Below, piece after piece: positions 30,211-42,040 of a DNA stretch of 55,264 nt (position 1 is its first letter; each line of letters opens with the position of its first letter). Position numbers and translations under genes: made by a program. The notes beneath the pieces were generated by a model that did not search any database, was not told the DNA's origin, and worked only from the letters and a program-made list of their open reading frames with translations. Source of the DNA: Paramoeba atlantica (lineage: Eukaryota; Protista; Discosea); contig CDRNVI010000082.1 of the NCBI GenBank assembly GCA_977017575.1, positions 1 to 55,264 of the forward strand. The letters are read 5' to 3'.

Positions 30211-32352
30211 ATGTTTCTTTTTTTGATCGCAAATAATAGGCACGTCCTCACCAAACTGTACAAACTCATTCTTTATCCTTATTCTAACTTCTTTTTCCCA
30301 AACCAATCACTTTCTCCCACCCCAATGCAGGCTTTCCGTCGCAATTCCAACACTTTCCGCTTCATAAAAAAGCCCACAAACACCCTTTCTTATCTTCCCC
30401 TCTTTTCGTCTGCCCCACTACGACAGCTTCACACCTCCCCCCTTACCTCCGCTCGCCTACGTCACCCTCCCAGCAGCAGCAAAGAGCCTCTTTCCTCAAC
30501 GTCTCCCCCTCCTTCCAATTCCCTTGCTGCATTTTCTTCTTCCCACCCCCAAGCCTCCCCCCTCCACACCTTCCTCGACTCCTCTCGTTGTGAAAGCGCT
30601 ATCCAGGAAATCCACAGCGAAGTCTCCACCTTATGGCAAAACGTTTTACAGCCCACCGATCCTCTAGGGTTATTCACGAGCTCCATTTCATCTTCATCTT
30701 CTTCCTTATCTTCTTTTTCACCTTTTTATAAATCTTCAAATTCTTCTTTATCTTCCTCTTCTTTATCCTTAGCCTCAAAACCACAAAACCAAAATTTCGA
30801 AAACAAATTCGAAAACACAAATTCCTCCACCCCACGGCTTCCCACCGTGATGTTCCTCGGGAACCACAGTAGTGGGAAATCAACCCTAATCAACTCGGTC
30901 CTTGGGGAGGAGGTCCAGACCACAGGCGTCGCCCCCACCGATGATGGGTTTACGGTTTTGCTCAAAGGGGAGAGCGATATGGATGAGGACGGCCCCACGG
31001 CGCTGTCGAATCCGAAATACGATTTAGAGGGTTTGAGAGGGTTTGGACAAGGTTTCTTTTCCCACCTGAAAGTTAAAACACGAAAGTTGGGGCCAGGGTG
31101 CTGGCTTCCTCCAAAGGTGATGTTGATTGATACCCCGGGGATGATTGATACCCCGGATCGGGAACAGGGGAGGGAAAATGGAATGAAAATGGAGAAAACG
31201 GTAAGAAAAGGAGAAAATGAATGGTTTGCTGAGAATTCGGCGATTGTGGGGACAACACCCATCGCGTCCTCACCGATTCCACGACGTTTTGAACGTGGGT
31301 ATGATTTTCTCAGCACCGTGCGATGGTTTGCGACCCGTTGTGATTTGATTTTGCTGTTGTTTGATCCGAGTAATCCAGGAACCACCGGAGAGACACTGGA
31401 TGTGCTCAACCACAGCTTACGAGGGATGGAGCATAAATTCCTCATAGTGTTTAACAAGGTGGATGTGTTTACTAAAGTACAGGATTTGGCTCGGTGCTAC
31501 GGTGCGCTTTGTTGGAATTTGGCAAAAGTGATTGAGCGAAAAGATTTGCCTCGAATCCACACAATGTATACCCCCGGTGCAGCGCGGGAATTTCGGCAAC
31601 GAGAACCGTACCGTGAGCGGACGGGTGCTGCTCTCAGTGCTGAAAACACTTCTTCTTTTTCGCAGGAACCATTTGCGAGCGATGAGGAGAACCCCGGTTC
31701 GGATTCTCACACCCTTTTACGTGATTTTCGTCATACTCGACATGAGGTGCTTCGTGAAATACAGTACGCGCCGCTTCGTCACGTGGATCACTTAATCTCA
31801 GATTTAGATGTAGCCACCCGGCGGTTGCAAATGTCGACGGTGTTGTTAAACGCGCTTCGGAGACAGTACACACACAGTCGGATGAAAACGTATATTTTAG
31901 TTTTCTTGTTATGTTTATGGACACCGTTGCTGGGCTGGGTACTCTGGCCAGGTCTGGGATGGAGTATGTTTTTTGTAGCTCTTGGAGCTAGCAGCGTGTT
32001 GTGTAGCACCGCACTCGCGGCTTTTCTTCTCTATCGGCTGCGACAACAATTAGGAAGCCTCGCCGGTGCAAATTTGGATCGAATCTTTCGCACAGAGTTC
32101 GCGGGACGGCTGCGAAAAAGTCCGTACCCGGCAGATTGTGCGGATTTGTGGTCCGAGGTAAGGCCAAAGCTGCGGAACGCGTTAGGAGAGAATCCCGATC
32201 GCGTGCTCTCTACGATAGGTGTGGTGCCCCGATTTCGGCTCAGTGCACTAAGTGGCATCCTGCAGGACGCCATTCCTCGACTACGCAAACAAGCACATGA
32301 GTTAAAGACAACGTGTGAACGCGGGAGTCCGTCGAACGCCTTACAGGAGTAA
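30211..32352 (+). CDS. EHD/sarcalumenin-like dynamin-family NTPase
   Basis: P-loop FLGNHSSGKSTLIN, TGVAPTDDGFT, LIDTPGMID, RGYDF...DLILLLFDP, NKVD. C-terminal hydrophobic hairpin. The true start may be 30325. Confidence 0.9.
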   Translation: MFLFLIANNRHVLTKLYKLILYPYSNFFFPNQSLSPTPMQAFRRNSNTFRFIKKPTNTLSYLPLFSSAPLRQLHTSPLTSARLRHPPSSSKEPLSSTSPPPSNSLAAFSSSHPQASPLHTFLDSSRCESAIQEIHSEVSTLWQNVLQPTDPLGLFTSSISSSSSSLSSFSPFYKSSNSSLSSSSLSLASKPQNQNFENKFENTNSSTPRLPTVMFLGNHSSGKSTLINSVLGEEVQTTGVAPTDDGFTVLLKGESDMDEDGPTALSNPKYDLEGLRGFGQGFFSHLKVKTRKLGPGCWLPPKVMLIDTPGMIDTPDREQGRENGMKMEKTVRKGENEWFAENSAIVGTTPIASSPIPRRFERGYDFLSTVRWFATRCDLILLLFDPSNPGTTGETLDVLNHSLRGMEHKFLIVFNKVDVFTKVQDLARCYGALCWNLAKVIERKDLPRIHTMYTPGAAREFRQREPYRERTGAALSAENTSSFSQEPFASDEENPGSDSHTLLRDFRHTRHEVLREIQYAPLRHVDHLISDLDVATRRLQMSTVLLNALRRQYTHSRMKTYILVFLLCLWTPLLGWVLWPGLGWSMFFVALGASSVLCSTALAAFLLYRLRQQLGSLAGANLDRIFRTEFAGRLRKSPYPADCADLWSEVRPKLRNALGENPDRVLSTIGVVPRFRLSALSGILQDAIPRLRKQAHELKTTCERGSPSNALQE

Positions 32353-32547
32353 CAGGTGACACGATTTGTAGCAACATTTTCCGTATTTTTTGTACATCAT
32401 TTTCTTCTTTTTGTATAGAAAACACGCCATTTCTCTACTCTTATCCTTTCCCTTTTCTCTCTTTTTCCCTTTTTCACCCACTCCTTCCCTCTCTACCTCT
32501 ATCTCTCTTCCTAACCCTCACCCTTCCCTTTCTCCCCACCCTCCCCC

Positions 32548-34518
32548 ATGCCTCTCCCCCACCCTCGCTTCACCCTCCGACGCCTTCACCCCCTCACCCC
32601 CTCACCTCCTTCTTCTTTTTCCCCTTTTTCTTTTTCCCCCCTTTCTCTTTTACTCTTTTCCCCTTCTTCTTCTTCGTCTTCTCTTTTCACCCAACCCACC
32701 CGTCCCGTCCACCTCCGTCCCCGCAAAGTCCGACGCGACAAAATGGAAAAAAAAGGGTGCAAAAACGACGGCGGGGCGCACATCGACGAATTTGAAAGCA
32801 CACTGTACAAAAGCGCGCGGGATGTGAAGACCGATCTCGACGCGCGTCTCTCCCCCACGGCGCCGCTCTCCCCCGCCGCGGCACAGCTCAAATTTGCCGC
32901 CATGGCCCAAACCCTCCCGGCCGCGCTCTACGCGCTTCGTATGTTCCCCTTAGTGGATGTTGTGATTTTGATCTGTCGAAACGGACTGCTGCCGGGCCGG
33001 GACACCGAGGGGGCGTTAGCCCAGTGGCTGTCCATCCCGGACCGGTTGCTCTCCGAGGAGGTGATGGAACTCCGGATGGGGGGGGAGCGCTGGGGGGTGC
33101 TGGCGGCCCTGCTGACGGAGCGGTTAAGACGGTGGGATGGACAGGGCGTGCTGCCGGTCTCAAGGACGCTACGGGCGTTTGGGATGGAGAAGAGGGGAGT
33201 GGAGGAAAAAGGAAAAGGAGGGGGTGTGGAGAGGGTGGAGGGGGGGGTGGAGGTTTCGAGGATGACGCCTTGGGGGTCGTTTTTGCGGAATGCTGTGCTT
33301 TATGTGAATACGGATCGTGCACATCGTCGGCAGTTGGCGCAGGTGATTCAAGCGATACGAAATGGGGAGGTACCGCAGGAGAATCCGCTTCCTGGGGACT
33401 TTGCGGAGCGTAGTACCCGTCTTGCTCACCTTCTGCTTTCTGCGGCGCGCGAATTTGGTGAGAACACGCTGGCGGATTTCGCGATTGATTTGCTGCGCGA
33501 GCACAGCCCGCAGATTAGCTATGCCGTGAACAAGGAGCTAATGTATGTGAATTACACCGCTCGGCGACGTTGGATGGATCAAGAGCTGCGGAACAGTGGT
33601 GAGATTCGAACCATGGCACAGCGGTTGTTGTATCGCTACGTGCCGGCGGTAGATAAGGACAGAGCGGCGGCTCGCGTAGGCAAGCGTGCGTCGTCGTCGG
33701 TTATTTCGGCTCCGGCTTCTGTATCTGTCTCGGAGAAACAACAAGCCTCTGTACCCTCCACAGCGTGTTCGTTTGATGCCGCAGAGGAGTCAGAATTGGG
33801 GGAGGAGTTGGAGGAAGCCACCAATACAAATGCAGTATATGTCCCGGATGAGTTAACCATCGGTGGTCATAGAAAATGTCTATCACAGGACATCGAAGAG
33901 AAAGAGTCTCTTCTTACAGGCAGAAATAAATCCATACAGAGTCGAGACAAGGAGATGGAGGAGGATCCGTTTCTTGTGTCCCACTTGGAGCGTTCTGCGT
34001 CTTCTGAGTACTTTAGTGCGGCGTGCGCCACAGAGAGTAGCTACCCTAGTCGTCCGATTGCTTTGGTGATGGAGCAGCAGCGCGAGCTTCAAGGTGAGGA
34101 TCTGGAAGATGTCCGCCTTGAAGATATCGCAGGTGAGTTCTCCGAAGGTACAATGCAGCAGCTCGTTGAGCGTACCCGTAGTCGCTACCGCCGAAGACGA
34201 GGAGCCCAAGATGTTTGCAGTCCTGAAGAAATTGAAGTTCAAAATCAAGATTGTCAAGGTACGAACGCAATGCCTTCTGCTGCGCATATCGCAAAATCGT
34301 TATGTGAATCCGTAGAACACGCCATGCCTCCCTCAAAATATAAGGCCAAGAAATGCAGAGCAAAAAATAATGATCGCGCTTCTTCCAAACCATCGGAAGA
34401 TTCATGTTTTAACTCTTCATTGGAGCAAAAGTCGAGTACCGCACAGCACAGTGATAAAAAATTTAACGTAAAACTTAAGGCTCGGGCTACAAGAACTCAA
34501 AAAGCCTTTCTTAAATAA
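32548..34518 (+). CDS. Hypothetical protein
   Basis: 656-aa ORF co-oriented with the cluster, with a helical central region and an acidic C-terminus. The start may be 32743. Confidence 0.65.
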   Translation: MPLPHPRFTLRRLHPLTPSPPSSFSPFSFSPLSLLLFSPSSSSSSLFTQPTRPVHLRPRKVRRDKMEKKGCKNDGGAHIDEFESTLYKSARDVKTDLDARLSPTAPLSPAAAQLKFAAMAQTLPAALYALRMFPLVDVVILICRNGLLPGRDTEGALAQWLSIPDRLLSEEVMELRMGGERWGVLAALLTERLRRWDGQGVLPVSRTLRAFGMEKRGVEEKGKGGGVERVEGGVEVSRMTPWGSFLRNAVLYVNTDRAHRRQLAQVIQAIRNGEVPQENPLPGDFAERSTRLAHLLLSAAREFGENTLADFAIDLLREHSPQISYAVNKELMYVNYTARRRWMDQELRNSGEIRTMAQRLLYRYVPAVDKDRAAARVGKRASSSVISAPASVSVSEKQQASVPSTACSFDAAEESELGEELEEATNTNAVYVPDELTIGGHRKCLSQDIEEKESLLTGRNKSIQSRDKEMEEDPFLVSHLERSASSEYFSAACATESSYPSRPIALVMEQQRELQGEDLEDVRLEDIAGEFSEGTMQQLVERTRSRYRRRRGAQDVCSPEEIEVQNQDCQGTNAMPSAAHIAKSLCESVEHAMPPSKYKAKKCRAKNNDRASSKPSEDSCFNSSLEQKSSTAQHSDKKFNVKLKARATRTQKAFLK

Positions 34519-34927
34519 CCTAACGGGGTTTGCCATTCGAACAATGGGGTTCCACTTGTGATTGAAACTCTGCATTCAATGTAAACTAGTATTATGTTTC
34601 GTTCCGTTTTTTTTATTCCGGAAGCACTTATTATTCCGAAAACATACTTACGATTCCGTTTTTTTATTTCACCTTTCGGATTTTGTATGAAAAATTATCT
34701 CTGCCAATGGAGGGGGTGCAGATAGTACTTGGGGATCACTGCCTAACGGTAGCAACCAATGGTGACCGCTGACGACCGATGGCGAACGCTGTAGGTATTT
34801 TTTTGAGGCTCGAATGATCGACCAATAACAACCCCGTGAAAAAATTTACTAAACCCGGTTACAGTGTGCGCCCAGTTGGTAAAGTCCCAAAAAACGGTTT
34901 TCCCAAATGGTAAAGCTTTTTTTAGTA

Positions 34928-35397
34928 CCGTATACCCCCCCCAGTAAGAGAATGGGTTTTGATTCGAAATGGCCAAATTTCTCTTACTGGGGGGTACAGT
35001 GCGCCCAGTTAGTAAAGTCCCAAAAAGCAGTTTTCCCAAATAGTAAAGTTTTTTTTAGTAGTTACCTTTTTTTAGAGTTTTTCTCTTTTTCGAGGATTTT
35101 CGTCTACCGCAGACCCCCCCGTAATAGATCCCCCCAGTAACAAGTATTTGACCCTTTTTCGGCTGACCCCCAGTAACAAGGATTTGGCTCGGGAGGGTCG
35201 TTGGACGGGGGGGTGTTTGGGCGGGGTGAGGGCGATTGCGAGGGAGCGAATGGCGTGGTTGCGGGGTTGGGTGGGCTGAAAATCAACGCACTCATGAACA
35301 AAAAAGGTCCTTTCTCACCCAAAAAGCATACCCCCCCAGCAACAAGGATTTGGCCATTTTGACCCAAAATCGATTCTATTACTGGGGGGGTATACGG
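34928..35397. mobile_element. MITE, same family as 1631-1913
   Basis: Same TIR (TA|CCGTATACCCCCCCCAGTAA ... TTACTGGGGGGGTATACGG), with an extra internal TIR copy and a flanking ~65-bp duplication. Confidence 0.75.
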
Positions 35398-36799
35398 TCA
35401 AAGAATTTGATTTCATTTCATCTACTTTTTTTAAATTAAACCATGTTCCAGGATAGTATACCCATGCCCACTTAGTACACCTAATAGGTACAGTAAACGT
35501 CACTATTCTGAGAGTCGCTAAAAATGAGAATTGGGCTGTCAACGTACAACTGGCTAAAATGAGAATGTACCTTGAAAAATGAGAATGGAGCTTCGGTCAT
35601 GTGTCAAAGTTCAATTCAATTTTACACTCAAAAATGAGAATTGAAAAAAAGCGCCTTCGTGCTCCATACCTTTTGGTTCATTGAACCAAATCTATTTTGG
35701 GCTGGTTCAATGGTTAACTGAACCAAATACTGAACCAATTGAACCACTTTTGCAGGGTGGATACGATGGCATATCATACAGCTATTCTGAACTAGAAGAT
35801 TGCAATAACGGGGACAGAATGAGTGAATTATTCATAAGTTATTCGTTTTATCGCTTTGAGACCAACGCAGGACATATTGTCACTCACACGAAGGGCAGTT
35901 GGTCGGCCTGTAACATGACTATGAAAATAAGCATAAGAATAGTTTATACTTGTTTTAGACATATAATTTATAAGAAAGATTAATAATGGCATGATTATAA
36001 TAATTCCAACGACGTATACTTATCGAGTATGGTATATACGTATCGATTATGGTAAGCGCAGCTATGCTCTTGCGCATCTATGAAATATACTTTAAATTGC
36101 GATGCAATATACAAAGATACTTTTCTTTGTGTATACCAATCATGTTCCTTAATGTGTAGTGGAAAAGAGCGCACCCTTTGAAATACGTATTACATAAAAT
36201 ATAATTTACTTAGAATATAGTTATACTATAGAAATGCTTCAGAACGTCACGTGCAAGTAAGCCTATGTCATTCTCTAAATCCTCCGATGTTCTGGGGGCA
36301 CCTTTGCCCATGGCTTCGATGGGAATATTCGCGGAAGACGGTGGCGCCATTCCTCCATTTTTCCAATGACGAACGAAAGCGACGGAGAGCGGAATATTTG
36401 TTGATGCTATTATGGAAGGCACGATATGATGCCAATATTCATGGACTGATACTTTCTTTGAACTTGTTTTGTTATCGGCTATTAATCCCAAGCATGACCG
36501 ATTTATGTGCATATTATACTGGGATTCACAATGCGAATGAAAAATACAGTTGTATAGTGTATAATTGTATAGTGTATAGTTGTATAGTGTATAGTTGTAT
36601 AGTGTAATTTTTTTACAGGAGACTTTCGACAAAAATTGGGTTCTAAAATTACCTCCCGCCCAATATTTTGACTCAAAAACAAATTGAAAAATCTTAAAAC
36701 TGTTTCAATAAACTAACTTTGCGCCAAAGTCCTGACCCTAGATGATGCGTTTCCATCACTTATTTCACCTGACGACATTTTCTAAGAGCGAAATGTTTG

Positions 36800-37250
36800 T
36801 TGCAATATGGCTGGAACGGCACTAAGATCTTGACTCCCTTCACAATCGCACGGCCTAATCGTCCAGCCTTTCGTGTGGGCAAAGTCAGGTTGTGGAATCT
36901 TTCCATTCCCACATGCTGCAAAGTCTTCGAGAGGCGGGATTGGATATCGAAGTACGCATGCTTCGGAAGGCAATGGAAATTTCGCTTTTTCCCAGGAGCC
37001 CCGTCTTACTAGAGAACGGTAGGTTTCTGAGTCCCTTATTTGGTGACCCACAAGGCGCGCTCGATCAATGCGATGGATTGTATTGTTATGTAGCGCATTA
37101 TGGTACAGAGATTCAAGAGGATAACAGATCCCGTCCTCATCAACTACTGCGGGGTCGCACGTTTCTCATCTTCGCTGCCGATATCACCATGGATGACGTA
37201 CATCACCATGGACGACAGTCACTGGGTTGTTGTGTCGCCACAATTTAGAG
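36800..37250 (+). pseudogene. Highly decayed non-LTR reverse transcriptase fragment
   Basis: Collinear RT-like pieces in two frames: W..TKIL.P...RP..P, IPTCCKVFERR, NG...GDPQG, LIFAADI. Confidence 0.45.
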
Positions 37251-37390
37251 AAATGGATTTGAATGATTGAGGCGCTCGGCACTGACAAGTGTCAAGCCAA
37301 CGCCAAGTAAACCTCGATCTTGGCTGTCACGAAACGTCACGCGCCGTCACGAAGCATCACGAAACGTCACGCGCTGACTGCACAGACTCC

Positions 37391-38314
37391 TTAGAAGTCA
37401 CTCATTCTGCGCGCTTCGCGTTGAAAACTACCTCCGCGTTTAACGAAGAGCCTAAAAAAGAAATCATTGAGGGAGATACTACTCCCTCGCTACCGTAGGT
37501 TACACCCCCGCTAAAAAGTATTATTCACAAAAATGGCCGACACAAAAAGTATTGTATTTATTAGTATCGATCATTTTTTTGTGTTTTGACCAGAAACGCA
37601 GGAAATTAGGGCACGCAGGGAAGCCATTGAAAGATCAGACGCTCGTCGTAAAGAAACGCTTGGAATGCCGCGGAAAGCTAAGGCAAGATTTGAGCAGGCT
37701 CGGAATGGTTCCTCTCTCGCACTATTTTAGCGTTGAGTAATTGCGGTGGTTGTATAACTACCTCTCTACCTTCGATTATTGAAAATAAAAGTGAACAAAA
37801 ACAGTGAAAATATGAGAAACACAGTAATATAATAGAAGAAAAGAATTGCGGTGATCGTATAACTACCGCTCTACCCTCGATTATTGAAAATAAAAGTGAA
37901 CAAAAACAGTGAAAATATGAGAAACACAGTAATATAATAGAAGAAAAGAATTGCGGTGATCGTATAACTACCGCTCTATCCTCGATTATTGAAAAAAAAG
38001 TGAACAAAAACAGTGAAAATATAAAGACGAACACAGTAATATAATAAAGGAAAAAAATATACTGGTGAAACATTAATTTCTTTTTTAGGCTCTTCGTTAA
38101 ACGCGGTGGTTGTTTTCAACTTAGAAGTCACTCAAGTTGCGCTCTTCGCGTTGAAAACTACCACCGCGTTTAACGAAGAGCCTAAACGAAGAGCCCCCTT
38201 TTATAAATTTTTCTTCTATTATATTACTGTGTTCCTCTTCATATATTCACTGTTTTTGTTCACTTTTTTTTCAATAATCGAGGATAGAGCGGTAGTTATA
38301 CTACCACCGCAATT
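37391..38314. repeat. Cluster of terminal modules of the Helitron-associated family: half palindrome, 3 x 105-bp tandem 5' module, full palindrome, inverted 5' module
   Basis: AATTGCGGTG units start at 37739, 37844 and 37949. Palindromes at 37391-37468 (half) and ~38078-38186. Confidence 0.8.
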
Positions 38315-38344
38315 AAGAATCACTGTTTTTATTCACTTTTTTTT

Positions 38345-39034
38345 CAAATTCTTTTTTAGGTTCCTCGTTAAACGCAGTAGTCGTTTTCAACTTAGAAGTC
38401 ACTCATGCTGTGCGCTTCGCGTTGAAAACTACCACCGCGTTTAACGAAGTGCCTAAAAAAGAAAAATCGCGAAAAGATCATGAATAATCTATTTTTTGGG
38501 GTAAAAAAGCTCGATTTTTCAGCGATTATTGCGAAATTTTAACCCGAATTTGGGCCTTTTTTGATGCCTTACCAGTATGGGTAGGAGGCGAATCTGTCGA
38601 AAAAAACATCGTAGACTGGTAACTGGGGCCCCAAACTCCTAAAACACATTTTAGAGTCGATTTTGGAAAAATATTATTTTTACTTTTTTTTGGGTCAAAA
38701 AACTTTTTTGGGTCGCCCCAAAAATTTCGGAAATTTTGACCTTGTCGGACCCCTCCTGCGCGTACCAGGGGGGGGAAGTTATCGCCGCGGCATACTCTAC
38801 CACTTCCCTGCGCTCGATTTCGAAAAGCAAAAAAATTTCGCGACGTATGCCCCCCCCCACATGGACCCCCCATTTTTTGAATTTTTTTTTTCAGTTTTGG
38901 ACCACCGGGGCCCCCTTTTATAAATTTTTCTTCTATTATAAATATTACTATGTTTCTCTTTATATTTTCACTGTTTTTGTTCACTTTTTTTTCAATAATC
39001 GAGTGTAGAGCGGTAGTTTTACAAACACCGCAAT
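38345..39034 (-). repeat. Non-autonomous Helitron-associated repeat, unit B, inverted
   Basis: Reverse complement aligns with 28468-29181. Confidence 0.85.
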
Positions 39035-39401
39035 AACATTACTGTGCCCCCCCCCCACTTATAGTCCCGTGGGGTACCCAACCACTTACAGGGGTGAAAA
39101 CTTCAATCTGGGGGGGTCTAAAATTTGCAAAAACTTTTCCGTTTCGGAAATTTATAGCGCATTCGAGAGCTCTCGCAGAGTTGTATGTCTTTGCACTGGT
39201 AGCTTTTAACATATCAAATTAGAATTACAAATACCGAATAGGCAAAAAAAGCGAATTGTCACTTAAACATAGTTGGTAGTCTACGTAGAATTCTACGCGT
39301 TCTACGTAGAAATTCTACGCAGAGACTTGGAATTTTCTTAACTAGATAGCAGTCATTAGTTTTTGATCGAGTGATTAGGATTTAGTCTCAAATTATCTTT
39401 C

Positions 39402-39598
39402 TAAATCCAGGCTCAAGTGGACGAGGGAGATACTAAAGGCACCTTTGGAAAACCACCTCGAAACTGGAACGGTATCACCCGTTAAAGACTCTTTTGCCAC
39501 ATCAGAATGCTCTACAAACCGGGAGATACCGTTCCAGTTTCGAGGTGGTTTTCCAAAGGTGACTTTGGTATCCCCCTCATCCACTTTAGCCTGGATTA
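39402..39598. repeat. ~200-bp fold-back (long inverted repeat)
   Basis: ~80-bp arms (39402-39483, 39518-39598) with few mismatches and a ~35-nt spacer. Confidence 0.85.
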
Positions 39599-40150
39599 GA
39601 TAGCCATCGGAACATGCTCCCTAAGACCCCTTACAGCTTCCCACGCGAGGAAGTCGTCGTCGCCGCGGCAAAAAGACAGAAGGGTCCGCCTTCTTCCTTT
39701 TTGCCTTGCGCCTCCTCCTTCCTCTACGGCCTTGCGTGTCACACACTTCCAGGTAAATTTTGAACTTTGTAGGTGTATTACCAGAACAGGGTGGAGAAAT
39801 ATCGAATGAAACCAAAGCGTATACACGTATATCAGGCCCCAAACTCTCAAAAAAAGGTCTAGGAGTTGATTTGGGAAAAATATTTTTTTTCACTTTCACC
39901 CACAAATTTTTAGTTTTTTTTTAAAACATTTCAAAAATTGCTATGATCACCCAGGTGGGGAGGTGGGGGGGGCAGGGGGTACCCATCGGAATTGTTGAAA
40001 AACTAGTAATCTTGTCACTCAATTCGATTCATACGTCTTTGTAAATATTTTTTTCGAAAACTCACCTGAAACGATATCGGGCACGAAATCGGGCCACAAA
40101 TCGGGCACGACCAATTAACCTACGGTAGCGAGGGAGTAGTATCTCCATCA

Positions 40151-42040
40151 ATTTAGGCTCTTCGTTAAACGCGGTGGTTGTTTTCAACTTAGAAGTCACT
40201 TATGCTGCGCTCTTCGCGTTGAAACCTACCACCGCGTTTAACGAAGAGCCTAAAAAAGAAAATTTGGCCTGGAAAACGGAAAGATTATGGCCAAAAATAG
40301 CCGAATTTCGGGTAAAAATGGGGTGATTTTCGCGTACTTTTGCTCTCAGAGCACTAAATCCGACATTTGCGCGTGGGAAATCACTCGTAGGCATGAATGA
40401 AAGCCTACCGAACGTATTGGGTAGAGAATACGACTCCAACCATACCATTCTTTCGACCCAAAAATGCCCCTTTAGGTCCGAAAAATACTTTTTCACCTTT
40501 TTCGGTCAAAAATGGGTCATTTTGAGGGGCGCACCACGGTTCGAAGAAGTGATACCTTGCGAAAACAACTGCGGAGAAAGCTAGTGTAGGTCCCAAACTA
40601 AAAAAATACAATAGGGGAAACGTTTTTGGAAAAATATTTTTTTTGCCATTTTTTTCGCCAAGTTGAAATTTTTTTCAAATTTTTTTTTCCGAAAAAAATC
40701 CGAACGTGGCGGACCCGTCCTGCGGATACGCGGGGGGGTCACCCCCGGGTAGGGGGGTGGAAAATGCGCGCCAAGACCCCGGCTACCCTTTCTGCGGTTT
40801 TTTTTCGAAAACTAATTTTTTCGAAAAAATTAGCTCGGCCATGACCCTCCCCCCTGGACGACCCCCCCTGGACCCCCCCATGGACCCCCCCCTGGACGCC
40901 CCCCCTGGACCCCCCCCATGGACCCCCCCCCCATGGACCCCCCATTTTTTCAATTTTTATTTCAGTTTTGGACCACCGGAGCCCCCTTTTATATTTTTTT
41001 CTTCTATTATATTACTGTGCTCCTCTTTATGTTTTCACTGTTTTTGTTCACTGTTTTTTTTCGAAACAACTAATTTTTTCGAAAAAATTAGCTCGGCCAT
41101 GACCCTCCCCCCTGGACGACCCCCCCTGGACCCCCCCCCTGGACCCCCCATTTTTTTCAAATTTTTTTTTCAGTTTTGGTCCACCGGAGCCCCCTTTTAT
41201 ATTTTTTTCTTCTATTATATTACTGTGTTCCCCTTTATATTTTCACTGTTTTTGTTCACTTTTTTTTCAATAATCGAGTGTAGAGCGGTAGTTTTACAAC
41301 CACCGCAATAATCGAGGGTAGAGCGGTAGTTTTACAACCACCGCAATAATTTTCTTTTTTAGGATCTTCGTTAAACGCGGTTTTTGTTTTCAACTTAGAA
41401 GTCACTCATGCTGCGCGCTTCGCGTTGAAAACTACCACCGCGTTTTACGAAGAGCCTAAAAAAAAATTGATCAGGGACGCGGAAGAAAACGGAAGGATTT
41501 AAGCCAAAAATAGCCGATTTTTAGGTAAAAATGGGGTGATTTTTGTATATAGAGCACTAAAGATGACATTTGCGTGTGGGAAATGACTCGTAGGCATGCA
41601 TTCGAGGCTACAGAACGTATTGGGTAGAGAATGCGACTCCAACCACACGATTCGTACGACCCAAAAAGACCTCTTGGGGTCCAAAAATTACTTTTTCGCA
41701 TTTTTTGATCAAAAATGGGACATTTTAGGAGGCGTACCACGGCTTCAAGAAGCGACACCTCGCAAAACCAATGACGTAAAAAGCTAGAATAGGTCCCAAA
41801 CTATAAAAATACAATAGGCGAAACAACTTTGGAAAAATATTCTTTTTACCAATTTTTTCGTCAAGTTGAAAATTTTTTCAATTGTTTTTTTCCGAAAAAA
41901 TCGGAACTTGGACCCGTCTTGCGGATACGAGGGGGGGTCACCCCCGGGTAAGGTATGCCCCCCCCCATGGACCCCCCATTCTTTTCAATTTTTGTTTTCA
42001 ATTTTGGACCACCGGATCCCCCTTTTATATTTTTTTCCTT
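40151..42040 (-). repeat. Two head-to-tail non-autonomous unit A elements (40151-41348, 41348-42040)
   Basis: Each runs from 5' hairpin module through C/G tracts and the unit A body to the palindrome on the - strand. Junction at ~41348. The first has internal and terminal duplications; the second lacks the 5' hairpin. Confidence 0.8.

Noticed and set aside
35488-35660. Fragment resembling 21607-21700 (TA|CAGTAAACGTCAC..AATGAGAATTGGG), a possible further MITE end
   Set aside because: The similarity is visible but no matching opposite TIR was found, so boundaries cannot be supported.
37739-38055. CRISPR-like array (also 20255-20400)
   Set aside because: These are plain tandem repeats without unique spacers, there are no cas genes, and the context is eukaryotic.
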